From IMG/VR virus record IMGVR_UViG_3300020017_000024, positions 1-36,745 of that record: DNA of 36,745 bases; one strand, 5' to 3'. Below, in pieces: positions 10,732 to 20,161 of the stretch; the first letter of the stretch is position 1; every line of letters begins with the position of its first letter. A model generated the notes under the pieces. It was not told the DNA's origin. It worked only from the letters and a program-made list of their open reading frames with translations, and searched no databases. The translations under genes were made by a program, and so were the position numbers. The stretch comes from a virus. Its lineage: Duplodnaviria > Caudoviricetes.

Positions 10732-13122
10732 TTATTCAATGTAAATGTAGCCACCGAAAATTGTTGTTGCGGGATTTGTTGTCCACGTTGGATTGATGAA
10801 TTTCATTTCAATGTAATGCCCCGCAACAACGGCAATGTTCAATGATGCGTTTGAAAATATACGTTCATTTGTATTCACCGCCAATGTCGCAATCAACGTG
10901 TCGGTTGTATTGTTTAAACGAATGTAACCTGACCACGATTGATTTGTTCCTGCGGTTCCTGAATAACAATAAATTTCAACACGTTTGATTGTTCCCGCTT
11001 TGGGGATGTAAACTTTCGATATCCCTGCGGTTGTCACAGGTGCTTTCGGTAGATTGCCGAAATAAATCGTTTGTGCATCGACAGGTGATGACGTTAATGC
11101 CTGAACCGATAATGTGTAACCCAACGTTGAAACGTCACCTGATCCCAATAATGAATTGCCGTTGATCGTTTTGATATTTGTTCCCGAAACCAATGTGTCC
11201 TGAACTGCAATGTTTCCCGATCCCAAAACGGAATTGGAATTGATTGTTTTGATATTCGTTCCCGAAACCAAAACATCCTGGACAGGCAAATCGCCCGATC
11301 CCAACAACGAATTTGTGTTGATCGTTTTGATGTTCGTTCCTGAAATCAATTTGTCCTGCAATTGAAAATCGCCTGATCCCAACACGGACGTTGCATTGAT
11401 TGTTTTGGTTGGATGAAAACGAGCATTCCGAAATTTATGAAAACGGAAAATCAAAACAATCAGGTTTGATTTATTATTCGTTGACTGAAACCGGGTATTA
11501 CAAACACATTCAAATCGGAATGTGAATTTGAATTCAAAATTTGTTGCACCTGGCAAACGGGGATCATCGATGTAATGAAATAAGGAATAAAGGTTGTTCG
11601 ATCGACCTGCCCAAAACCACATCGGATAATTGAATCGTTCATCGGGTGCAATGAAAATCGATCCGCCTGTGAACGTGTCATTGTAATTGTGGACAACCTC
11701 CCCATCGGAACCAGGATTGTAAATCAAAAATTTGTAATTGAAAAACGTGTGTTGGTTGATCAACAATGCCTTGTCATATTGTCCAAATGCACCGCCAAAT
11801 AAAACATTGATGATTCCCCCCAAAGCATTCGACATAAACGTGAACACATCCGTGTCGATTCCATCTTCACGATGCCGTGCGGGTGATGCGGGAATTGTAA
11901 CATTCAATTCACCCGCCTGTGATGAATTGTAAGGAACATTCCAATCAACAATGTCATTGTAACGGGATTTCGCTTCGTTGCCGATGTAGTCTTGTGCATC
12001 CAATTGATATTCGTATCGGGCGAATGCGAATCGTTCCTTATCGATCCAATTATAACAAATCGTGTCATCAATGATGTCACCCTGATTCAACAATTGTTCC
12101 GTGTCGATCCAATTCACATTGGTATTGAAATAATCTTTGCGTTCAAACGTCAACACCCCGTTTGCAACACGATAATCGGCATTGAATATCGGTTTCAAAT
12201 ATTGGTTCAAATATGTTTCCAATGTTTCAACCGGGCGGTTGTCATCGATCACGGAATAATTGGTTGATGTTTTCGGACGTCCTTTTTTGATTTGTGCCGA
12301 TGCCATAACCAAATTGTAATATGGCGATGATGGGTTGTTCAGGATTGATGATTGAAAATTCAAACCGCATTTGTCACACACGTTTTTGATGTAATCACGA
12401 ACGTATGGCGATGGGTGAAAACGTCCGCAGGGAATCAACAATTCATTTAACTGACCATATATTTGAAATATATTGTTTATTAATGTCACGGGATTTGTGA
12501 ACGGGGTGTTGCAATTTGGGGAATTACAACCGATGATTGGAATGTCACAAATGAAATCAATGACCTGGCAAATCACATAAATGATCGCAATGATTGGAAT
12601 CAACGTTGTCAATATACCAATCAGGATTCCGAAAAACATATAATTCAAAATTGATGTCAAAAAAATCAAAACGTATTGGAAAAATTCAGGACGTGATTCA
12701 ATACAATAGCGAATGATCGGGTGTTGTTTAACTGATGAAAACCCGTTCCAATCATCCCAAATGATCGTTGATTTCAAACAATTTATTTGTGCGTCATCCT
12801 CAACAACGTTTGCCGTAATGAAACAACCAGGTTCACACCAATCGATTGCGTCACCAAAAATGAATCCATCGAACACGGGATTCCCTTTGCAACAATCATC
12901 GTAAATTTTGATCGCAACCTTTTTTGAAAACCCTGTCGGATCATCAATCAGGATCGTTTTCAAAACCTGATATCCATCATCGTAAAACGTCAATTCGGAT
13001 GAAAACGATTTCGCCAATCGCCCCGATTCATCCGCCCTACGAATCGTTACGGAAAAATTATCAACCCCATCGATCCGACCTGTGATCAATGTTCCGTTCA
13101 ATTCAATTTTCATTGTTGACAT
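10732..13122 (-). CDS. Chimeric ORF: tail-tip protein N-terminal ~540 aa + ~35 aa of antisense portal sequence + tail fibre C-terminus
   Basis: Nearly matches the 582-aa protein up to KFTFRF, then ECVCNTRFQ...RFHPT, then KTINATSVLGSG fibre repeats. It spans the duplication junction and may be artefactual. Confidence 0.5.
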   Translation of the reverse strand: MSTMKIELNGTLITGRIDGVDNFSVTIRRADESGRLAKSFSSELTFYDDGYQVLKTILIDDPTGFSKKVAIKIYDDCCKGNPVFDGFIFGDAIDWCEPGCFITANVVEDDAQINCLKSTIIWDDWNGFSSVKQHPIIRYCIESRPEFFQYVLIFLTSILNYMFFGILIGILTTLIPIIAIIYVICQVIDFICDIPIIGCNSPNCNTPFTNPVTLINNIFQIYGQLNELLIPCGRFHPSPYVRDYIKNVCDKCGLNFQSSILNNPSSPYYNLVMASAQIKKGRPKTSTNYSVIDDNRPVETLETYLNQYLKPIFNADYRVANGVLTFERKDYFNTNVNWIDTEQLLNQGDIIDDTICYNWIDKERFAFARYEYQLDAQDYIGNEAKSRYNDIVDWNVPYNSSQAGELNVTIPASPARHREDGIDTDVFTFMSNALGGIINVLFGGAFGQYDKALLINQHTFFNYKFLIYNPGSDGEVVHNYNDTFTGGSIFIAPDERFNYPMWFWAGRSNNLYSLFHYIDDPRLPGATNFEFKFTFRFECVCNTRFQSTNNKSNLIVLIFRFHKFRNARFHPTKTINATSVLGSGDFQLQDKLISGTNIKTINTNSLLGSGDLPVQDVLVSGTNIKTINSNSVLGSGNIAVQDTLVSGTNIKTINGNSLLGSGDVSTLGYTLSVQALTSSPVDAQTIYFGNLPKAPVTTAGISKVYIPKAGTIKRVEIYCYSGTAGTNQSWSGYIRLNNTTDTLIATLAVNTNERIFSNASLNIAVVAGHYIEMKFINPTWTTNPATTIFGGYIYIE
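11135..11406 (-). repeat. 78-bp (26-aa) tandem repeats in tail fibre, copy 1 allele
   Basis: QxxLVSGTNIKTINxxSLLGSGD units; four KTIN units remain before the junction. Confidence 0.85.
11404..11520 (+). repeat. 117-bp inverted copy of portal gene segment 262-378
   Basis: Exact reverse complement of 262-378 when compared base by base. Confidence 0.95.
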
Positions 13123-13134
13123 CGATTCCCTGTT

Positions 13135-16100
13135 TTATCGTGCTTTGTTTCGGATTCGGTTTTGTTTGTATTGTAAGGTTGACACAATCCCGTGAATTCC
13201 ACGTTCATCGATCGACAACGACATTCCCTTTTGTTCCCTGATCGCTTTTTCAATCCGTGTCAGTTTTTCATCCATTCCCGCATTTTGAACAACCAACACC
13301 TTTGATGACATTCCCTTTGTGATGAATGGATCACGTCCTTTGTGGATGTCCTCAAACAACGACCTGTATTTTGTCGTTTTCTCTTTACTGAAAACGAATT
13401 CGCCTTTGTGAACAATCCCGGCGGGTTCATATTTCCCGCCATCACCTGTGAAACCACCCTCCGCAAATCCACCCCCTGCGGATTGTGCCAATGCACGGGC
13501 TTTGATGAATCCCGCAGTCAATGCAATGATTGTCGAAGCGATTGTGAATGGTGCTAAAGCACCACCATCACGTGCCGCCTTTGCGATTGCCAATGCCGAA
13601 TTGAATGCCAATTCAACGAATGCCAATGCCTGTTGTTGTCGCACGAAATTCGCACGTTGGCGGTTCAATTTATCCAATCGTTCCTCCTCCAATTGCAACA
13701 ATTCCGCATTCCCTTTTTCCGCAATTTCCTTTGCCCTTTCAACACGTTTTTCCTGTGATGATATTGCAACCTCCGTTTGTTTGATTTGTGCATCGATCAC
13801 GGAATTAATCAATGCCAATGTTTCCTTTGTTACATCCTGGTATCCCTGTAAAATTTCCTCGTTCGCCTTTTTACTTGCATCAACCGCAGTTTTCGCCCCA
13901 TCGACATTCAATTTGTCGATTTTGTCTTGTGTGTCTTTTTTCTCTTTTAAAATGTCTAACGTTGCCTGATCTTCAATCGCTTTTATTTCCAATGCGGTTT
14001 TCCCTTTGATGTTTTTTTCCGCCTGTGCATTTGTTGATATTTGCAAAATGCGATCATTGGATTCACGTTGCAACGAATCAATTGTCAATTGTTTGTTTTC
14101 ATTCAATTGTTTCAGTATTGATTCCCGTTCCTTTTTTGTTGTTGCCTTTGATAGACGTTCATTCAGTTTATCACGTTCGGTTGCTAACTTTTCCTGAATG
14201 ATTTGTTCATCAAATATCCGTTGTTCAGATGCTATTTTTCCTATTTCCAATTTGGATTTCAAATCACGTTGATCGTAATCCTTTTTGATTTTCAATATTT
14301 CCTTTTCCTGATCCTGCTGAATCTTTAATGATGTCAATCGTTTGATTTCATCGAATTGTTTTTGCACACCCGCAGTCAATGTTCCCTGTTCACGTGCGTT
14401 TTCGATTTCACGATTGATGTCCGCCTCCGCACGTTTTTGTTTCAAATCATATAAATCATTCACCTGTTTTTGTGCTTCGTTGAATGATTCGGGATTTGTG
14501 AATTGAATCGCCTGTTCCTGGATATCCAATCGCAACGAATCAATTTTGTTTTGCAAATTGTTGAACAACGTTTTGATTTTGTCACCCGTTTTCGAATCCG
14601 TTCCATCAGGAATTTCAATTTCGGGAATTTTCAGGTTTGCACCCTCATTCAACAATTCCTGAATCCGTGTATCAACATCCGCTAATTCCTTTGATGTTTT
14701 GACCGATTCCTGCAATCCCTTGTTGTATTCCGCATTGATATTTTTCCGCCTTGTTTCCAATCTTATGAATTCCGATCCTGCCGTTCCTAAACTTCCGATT
14801 GATGATGACAAATCCGATCTGTTTTTTTTCTCTTGTTCACGAATTCGCTTTTCATCCTTTTCCAAATTTGACAATGCCTTTTGCCGATCATCCTCAATTT
14901 TTTTATTTTGATCAGCATTTTTACGTGTCAATTCACCCTGTTTTTTATAAAGTTCAACCAACGTTTCCTCAATCGCACGTGCTTTTGCTTTGTTTTCCAA
15001 CAATGCAATTGCCTTTGCCGTTTCAACATTCACTAATGCCTGGAATTTTTTTTCATCATCCAGGTTTTTCAACGTTGTTCCATACTGATCATTCAATTGT
15101 TTTATCAATCGATTTCGTTCCGCTGATCCATTATTTGTTTTTCGGATTTGATTCACCAACAAATCCAATTTCGCACGTTCCTCATCAATCAAATCGTTTT
15201 CCTTTAATTGTTGTTGTTCACGTGATTTCGCCAAATCAAAACGTTCGTTTTCCGCTTCGGTTGCCTGTTCGGTTGCATCCCCGAAATCAATCAAAAATGC
15301 CGATGCAATCGCCAATGCAGTAACCAACAAACCGATCGGATTCGATTTGATGGCGGTTGAAAATGCACGTGTCGTTGCGGTTGCAATGTTTGTTGCGACT
15401 GAATATCCTGTCGTTGCTATTGTTTGTAACAATGTTCCTGCCGCTGACGCACGTTGTGCGGTTGTCGTGACTGCAATCGCACGTGCTTTGATTGTTTCCA
15501 ATCCAATCGAAATTCGATCAACCAAATTTTTGGCGGTTATGTAACCACGTGCCAAAATCCAAAATTGATTTTGCAAACGCAATTGAATTGTCACAAACGT
15601 AATTGCACCCGCTAACAATTTCAATGTTGTTGCATTATTACGAATGAAATCAGGGATTTGTCGCAACACCTGGATGAATCGGAATCCCGCATCGATGATT
15701 GATTCCAATGTAGGTTTCAATGATTCACCGATATCACGTGCCAAAAACGTGAATTCATCCGATAAGGTTGCCAATCGCCCTGTCAATGACGTTGACAATT
15801 GTTCAGTCAATCCGAAAAACGATCCTTTTTCACCCTCTGTTGTCAACAATTTCAATGCCTGTTGTAAATCCAGGAAACTGATTTTTCCCTCCGATCCGAA
15901 TTTCCTGACATCCGCTTCAGCAATTTTCAAAACCTCCGCCAATTTTGAATATATTGGAACACCCGCTTCGGCTAATTGGTTTAATTCCTCACCCTGAACA
16001 ACACCCTGTGTTTTCGCTTTTCCGAATATCGTTGCAAGTTCATTGAAATCTTTTCCCGTTCCCGCTGAAATGTCACCCAATGTTCGCAACGTTCCCTCTA

Positions 16101-16500
16101 ATTCCTTAACAGGAACACCGAATGCCAACAACGCACGTCCCGCCCTTGTCACCTGTTCGGTTTCAAAAGGTGTTGAAATTGCGAATTCCTCTAAAGATTT
16201 TAAAACCTCTTTTGCCCGATCCGATGATCCCAAAAATGTGGTGAATGATATTTGCAGTTTTTCCAATTCAGCGGTTGCCGTGAATGCGGATTGTGCAAAC
16301 GTCAACAAACCCTGTCCAACACCGATCGTTGCCAATGTCGCACCCGCTTGTTTTAGCAATGATCCGAATGATGTCAGGGATTGTTCCGCTTGTTTTGTGG
16401 AATTGTTTATTTGTGCTAATTCCTTTTGAACCGCATCCAATTCCCTGCGTAATTGTCCCGTGTCCGCCTGTATTTTGAATAAAACGTTTTTTGTTGCCAT
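13135..16500 (-). CDS. Tail tape measure protein (1121 aa), copy 2
   Basis: Translation appears identical to 6562-9927. Confidence 0.93.
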   Translation of the reverse strand: MATKNVLFKIQADTGQLRRELDAVQKELAQINNSTKQAEQSLTSFGSLLKQAGATLATIGVGQGLLTFAQSAFTATAELEKLQISFTTFLGSSDRAKEVLKSLEEFAISTPFETEQVTRAGRALLAFGVPVKELEGTLRTLGDISAGTGKDFNELATIFGKAKTQGVVQGEELNQLAEAGVPIYSKLAEVLKIAEADVRKFGSEGKISFLDLQQALKLLTTEGEKGSFFGLTEQLSTSLTGRLATLSDEFTFLARDIGESLKPTLESIIDAGFRFIQVLRQIPDFIRNNATTLKLLAGAITFVTIQLRLQNQFWILARGYITAKNLVDRISIGLETIKARAIAVTTTAQRASAAGTLLQTIATTGYSVATNIATATTRAFSTAIKSNPIGLLVTALAIASAFLIDFGDATEQATEAENERFDLAKSREQQQLKENDLIDEERAKLDLLVNQIRKTNNGSAERNRLIKQLNDQYGTTLKNLDDEKKFQALVNVETAKAIALLENKAKARAIEETLVELYKKQGELTRKNADQNKKIEDDRQKALSNLEKDEKRIREQEKKNRSDLSSSIGSLGTAGSEFIRLETRRKNINAEYNKGLQESVKTSKELADVDTRIQELLNEGANLKIPEIEIPDGTDSKTGDKIKTLFNNLQNKIDSLRLDIQEQAIQFTNPESFNEAQKQVNDLYDLKQKRAEADINREIENAREQGTLTAGVQKQFDEIKRLTSLKIQQDQEKEILKIKKDYDQRDLKSKLEIGKIASEQRIFDEQIIQEKLATERDKLNERLSKATTKKERESILKQLNENKQLTIDSLQRESNDRILQISTNAQAEKNIKGKTALEIKAIEDQATLDILKEKKDTQDKIDKLNVDGAKTAVDASKKANEEILQGYQDVTKETLALINSVIDAQIKQTEVAISSQEKRVERAKEIAEKGNAELLQLEEERLDKLNRQRANFVRQQQALAFVELAFNSALAIAKAARDGGALAPFTIASTIIALTAGFIKARALAQSAGGGFAEGGFTGDGGKYEPAGIVHKGEFVFSKEKTTKYRSLFEDIHKGRDPFITKGMSSKVLVVQNAGMDEKLTRIEKAIREQKGMSLSIDERGIHGIVSTLQYKQNRIRNKAR

Positions 16501-16509
16501 TGTTCTATT

Positions 16510-16860
16510 TTATTTTTTTGATGACATTTTTTTTCGTGTCACGGGTTTTTCATCATCCTGATCCGATCCCCTTTCAACCGATTTGTTTTTTTCCTCAATG
16601 ATTTTCATCCACGTTGTAATCGTTTGATAGTATTCATCGACTGACAGGTTTTCCAAAACTTTCATTTCACTCGGTTTCGAATCACAAATCAATTGATTCA
16701 ACGTGTTTATGTCATCAATGTATTTTCCAATTTCAATGTTTGCAAATATTGATTTAATCTTTCGTTTTCCGTTTTTGCTTTCCGTAAAAAGTTTATGATA
16801 TCTGTTTCGGATGTATTGCCAAATTGAATTGTGCGTTCGTATGCCTTTTGCAAAAAAAAA
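16510..16860 (-). CDS. Tail assembly chaperone -1 frameshift extension, copy 2
   Basis: A9 run at 16852-16860; same arrangement as copy 1. Confidence 0.75.
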   Translation of the reverse strand, partial: FFFAKGIRTHNSIWQYIRNRYHKLFTESKNGKRKIKSIFANIEIGKYIDDINTLNQLICDSKPSEMKVLENLSVDEYYQTITTWMKIIEEKNKSVERGSDQDDEKPVTRKKMSSKK

Positions 16861-17285
16861 TCCTTTGCATCGGAATCGGCATTCAGGATTTCACGTTTTT
16901 TCGTTTGCCATTCATCGCTGAATTGCGTTTCATCTTCGCCATCGATAATGAAATAACACACCGCCAATTCCATCAATGTTTTTTCCTCACCGATGAAATT
17001 CAACCTGAATTCTATTTCCGACAAAACCGAAAACAATTCAACAATGTTCCCGGTGTTGGCGTTTTTTTTCATCGCTTCGATTAGGATCATCAATTCCGAT
17101 TTTGTCAAATTCATTTCAGCGAATCGGGTTGCAACCTCCGCATTGATTGTTCGCCTGGCGGGAATGGTCAGGTTGTTGACGTATTCAAACCAATCATTCC
17201 CGAATTTGTCGGTGTAAATTTTATTCACCGCAATTTGACGTTCACGTTTGTTTGTTGTTTGTTTCTTTTTTTTGTTCCAAAACAT
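16707..17285 (-). CDS. Tail assembly chaperone (gpG-like), copy 2
   Basis: Identical to copy 1; ATG at 17285. Confidence 0.75.
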   Translation of the reverse strand: MFWNKKKKQTTNKRERQIAVNKIYTDKFGNDWFEYVNNLTIPARRTINAEVATRFAEMNLTKSELMILIEAMKKNANTGNIVELFSVLSEIEFRLNFIGEEKTLMELAVCYFIIDGEDETQFSDEWQTKKREILNADSDAKDFFLQKAYERTIQFGNTSETDIINFLRKAKTENERLNQYLQTLKLENTLMT

Positions 17286-17304
17286 TTGATTTGTTGTTTG
17301 ATGT

Positions 17305-18489
17305 TTATTCAATGTAAATATAACCGCCGAAAATCGTTGTCAACGGATTTGTTGCCCAAGTTGGGTTGATGAATTTCATTTCAATGTAATCCCCCGCAAC
17401 AACGGCAATGTTCAATGATGCGTTTGAAAATATACGTTCATTTGTATTCACCGCCAATGTCGCAATCAACGTGTCGGTTGTGTTGTTCAAACGAATGTAA
17501 CCTGACCAGGATTGATTTGTTCCTGCCGTTCCTGAATAACAATAAATTTCAACACGTTTGATTTTTCCCGCTTTGGGAATATACACTTTTGATATCCCGG
17601 CGGTTGTCACAGGTGCTTTAGGCAAATTGCCGAAATAAATCGTTTGTGCATCGACAGGTGATGACGTCAATGCCTGAACTGATAATGTGTAACCCAACGT
17701 TGAAACGTCACCTGATCCCAACAATGACGTTGAATTTATTGTTTTGATATTCGTTCCCGAAACCAACGTTGACTGAACCGCAATGTCACCCGATCCCAAC
17801 AACGAATTTGTGTTGATCGTTTTGATATTCGTTCCTGAAATCAATTTGTCCTGCAATTGAAAATCGCCTGATCCCAACACGGACGTTGCATTAATCGTTT
17901 TGATATTCGTTCCTGACACCAACACATCCTGAACCGCCACGTTTCCTGATCCGACAAGTGAATTCGAATTGATTGTTTTGATGTTTGATCCTGATACCAA
18001 CGAATCCTGTTTGCCGTTGAATGTGTTGAAATCAGTCGATGCCAAATAACCCGATTGTGTTCCTGATGCCTGTTTAACTTCAATCGATGCACCTGATCCA
18101 ATCACGGCATTCGTTCCACCACTAATTGTCAAAACCGATGAAACGGATTCGGACAAATTGCCCTTTGCCAATGCAGGTTCTTTTGAATTGAACGTGTTCC
18201 AATCCGTTGCCGATAAATATCCATCGGTTGTCGCATCGGCTTTTTCAACCTCAATTGATGTTCCTGATCCAACAACGGCATTGACACCGCCAACGATATT
18301 CAAAACGTTTGATGTCGATTCGGTCAAATCGCCTGTCGTGACACCACCACCACCACCACCACCGCCATTCGACAAATCATCGATTTGTTGCTGAATGTTT
18401 CCGATCGCACCTTGCAAATACGACAATTCCTGGATTGTCGGATACAATGGTAAATTCGGATTCGGTGTTGGATTGATGTAATTCGGCAT
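17305..18489 (-). CDS. Tail fibre/appendage protein with internal repeats (394 aa), intact copy
   Basis: Short N-terminal coiled coil, Gly8 linker, two 57-aa repeats (..GYLSATDWNTFNSK), four 26-aa SGTNIKTIN repeats, beta-rich C-terminal domain. Confidence 0.75.
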   Translation of the reverse strand: MPNYINPTPNPNLPLYPTIQELSYLQGAIGNIQQQIDDLSNGGGGGGGGVTTGDLTESTSNVLNIVGGVNAVVGSGTSIEVEKADATTDGYLSATDWNTFNSKEPALAKGNLSESVSSVLTISGGTNAVIGSGASIEVKQASGTQSGYLASTDFNTFNGKQDSLVSGSNIKTINSNSLVGSGNVAVQDVLVSGTNIKTINATSVLGSGDFQLQDKLISGTNIKTINTNSLLGSGDIAVQSTLVSGTNIKTINSTSLLGSGDVSTLGYTLSVQALTSSPVDAQTIYFGNLPKAPVTTAGISKVYIPKAGKIKRVEIYCYSGTAGTNQSWSGYIRLNNTTDTLIATLAVNTNERIFSNASLNIAVVAGDYIEMKFINPTWATNPLTTIFGGYIYIE

Positions 18490-18492
18490 CGT

Positions 18493-18627
18493 TTATTTTT
18501 TTTTGTTGGTTGATTTTTTAATCACACCCGCTTTTTGTAATGATGCCGTGCAAATCGCATAAGCGGATGATTTGTTTTTTCCTGATTTCATCACGTCCGT
18601 GACACAACGTTCCAATTTTTTCGGCAT
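18493..18627 (-). CDS. 44-aa basic microprotein with two Cys (absent from the ORF track)
   Basis: MPKKLERCVTDVMKSGKNKSSAYAICTASLQKAGVIKKSTNKKK; fills the gap between a promoter and the fibre gene. Confidence 0.75.
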   Translation of the reverse strand: MPKKLERCVTDVMKSGKNKSSAYAICTASLQKAGVIKKSTNKKK

Positions 18628-18650
18628 CGTTTCAATGTTTATTGTATCAA

Positions 18651-18679
18651 CAAAAATAGTCATTTAAGTAACTTCACAA
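18651..18679 (-). promoter_or_regulatory. Bacteroidota-type promoter for the tail operon
   Basis: Minus strand TTG-N18-TATTTTTG, matching the -33 TTG / -7 TAnnTTTG consensus, about 24 nt upstream of the ATG. Confidence 0.55.
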
Positions 18680-19946
18680 AATCCCGGTGAAACGTCCACA
18701 AATAATATCGTAAACAATCCAACAGGTGCGTTATTGATTTGTCTTTTGTTTTATCGATTTCGCCATTTTCATCGGTTTGAACCATTTGCAAATCGTTGAT
18801 CAACCATTGACACGATGAATCGATTTGAAAATCGATGTGACGTTCCAACAACGAATTCAGCAACACACGTGAATTCCTGATCGATGGGTTGAATGATGGA
18901 ACACGGAATGCGGTTTTGGGAACGTCCAATTCCCGCATTATAATTTGATAATAGTTCGATGCACCCTGTGTCATCGCTGATCGGTTCGATCCTGATGCGT
19001 CACCTGTGATCAAAAACCAATTCGATCCGAATGTCGTTTTGATCACTTCACACAATTTGAAAATGTCGGAATTACGCAACCTGAATTCCTTTAATATCCT
19101 GATGCGACCTTTGAATGATTGCCCGGCAATACACGTGATCGGATCAACGTTGAAATCGAATGACAGGATGATCGGTTCATTGCGTTCGATTTGCAAATTC
19201 GGTTGAATCGTTTTGGATCGGTTGAATGCATAGGCGAATGGACGTTCGACATCGATCACATCCCAATTGCCGTGAACGAATATTTGTTTCGTGATTTCAT
19301 CCAAATTTTCCAATCCATCCAAATATGTTTGTGGCAACGATGGATTGTCACGCATCAGGGATTGCAAATAAAAATAATCAGGTGACAATTCACCTTTGAC
19401 AAATGGATTGTGAAAAACCTCTTTTGTCCAATTTTGTGAGGGATTGCACGTGCAAAGGATCAACGGCATCGGCTGAACCTCCATTCCGGGAATGATGTTT
19501 CGACCTGCCCTCAATTTGCATTTTTCAAAAGTCTTTTGTTGGATTTCCTGCGATTCCTCTAATAAAAAAAAATTCGCTTCGATTCCATCGAATCGTGTCA
19601 GGTTTTTGTCCATCACATAGTTTTCAGGGAAAAATGTCAATGATGATCCGTTTTTAAATTTGACAACCTGATCCGTTTGATTGTAATTGCGGATGAATGA
19701 TTTCGGACACAATTTGAAAAACGATGGAATGGTTGTCCGTTTCAATGTCGGCAACGATTCACGGATCACGAATGATTTCGATCCTGGAAACACACGTGCC
19801 AACAACAACAGGGTTGCCAACGACACGAATGATTTTCCGCCCCCTGCGGATCCGCCAAACAACAAATATTTGTGGCGGTTGCTGAACACCGCCTCGATGA
19901 ATTCCTGTTGTTTGGGATGTGGTTCAAATATTATTTTTTGACTCAA
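18660..19946 (-). CDS. terL: Terminase large subunit
   Basis: Q motif PHPKQ, Walker A GGSAGGGKS, Walker B FFLLEE, coupling motif TCNP, nuclease SFDFN and HLLDCLRY. Probable TTG start overlaps the upstream TGA. Confidence 0.93.
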   Translation of the reverse strand: MSQKIIFEPHPKQQEFIEAVFSNRHKYLLFGGSAGGGKSFVSLATLLLLARVFPGSKSFVIRESLPTLKRTTIPSFFKLCPKSFIRNYNQTDQVVKFKNGSSLTFFPENYVMDKNLTRFDGIEANFFLLEESQEIQQKTFEKCKLRAGRNIIPGMEVQPMPLILCTCNPSQNWTKEVFHNPFVKGELSPDYFYLQSLMRDNPSLPQTYLDGLENLDEITKQIFVHGNWDVIDVERPFAYAFNRSKTIQPNLQIERNEPIILSFDFNVDPITCIAGQSFKGRIRILKEFRLRNSDIFKLCEVIKTTFGSNWFLITGDASGSNRSAMTQGASNYYQIIMRELDVPKTAFRVPSFNPSIRNSRVLLNSLLERHIDFQIDSSCQWLINDLQMVQTDENGEIDKTKDKSITHLLDCLRYYLWTFHRDFVKLLK

Positions 19947-20161
19947 AACAAACCTGCTAAATATTTGACTGAAACGATCAAACCAATCATCCAAAAACAA
20001 ATTGAAATGAATTGGAAAATGATTTTCGCAATTGATTTTTTGCGTTTCATTTTCAGTTTTTCCAACGGGTTGAAATATGCGGATGCATCATTCATCGAAT
20101 AGTCGTTTTTTGTCCAATCGAATTCAGGTGTTTCGGTTTTGTTTGTTTTTATATGTTTCAT
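19943..20161 (-). CDS. Small protein with C-terminal transmembrane helix
   Basis: Hydrophobic C-terminus; overlaps both neighbours by 4 nt. Confidence 0.6.
   Translation of the reverse strand: MKHIKTNKTETPEFDWTKNDYSMNDASAYFNPLEKLKMKRKKSIAKIIFQFISICFWMIGLIVSVKYLAGLF

Larger units (their letters stand above)
4937..11406. repeat. Tandem duplication, copy 1 (most of the tail-tip gene, tape measure, chaperone, 3' half of tail fibre)
   Basis: Matches 11510-~17901 at offset 6573 (6562/13135, 9927/16500, 10732/17305). The offset becomes 6495 beyond one extra 78-bp fibre repeat. Confidence 0.95.
11510..17901. repeat. Tandem duplication, copy 2
   Basis: Counterpart of copy 1; the ORF translations in the core are identical and the flanks carry SNPs. 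Confidence 0.95.

Noticed and set aside
17700-18010. CRISPR-like periodic repeats
   Set aside because: These are in-frame 78-bp coding repeats with degenerate third positions and no unique spacers.
10732-18489. Diversity-generating retroelement or invertase shufflon behind the two fibre variants
   Set aside because: No reverse transcriptase or site-specific recombinase was found, and the differences are mostly synonymous rather than adenine-specific.
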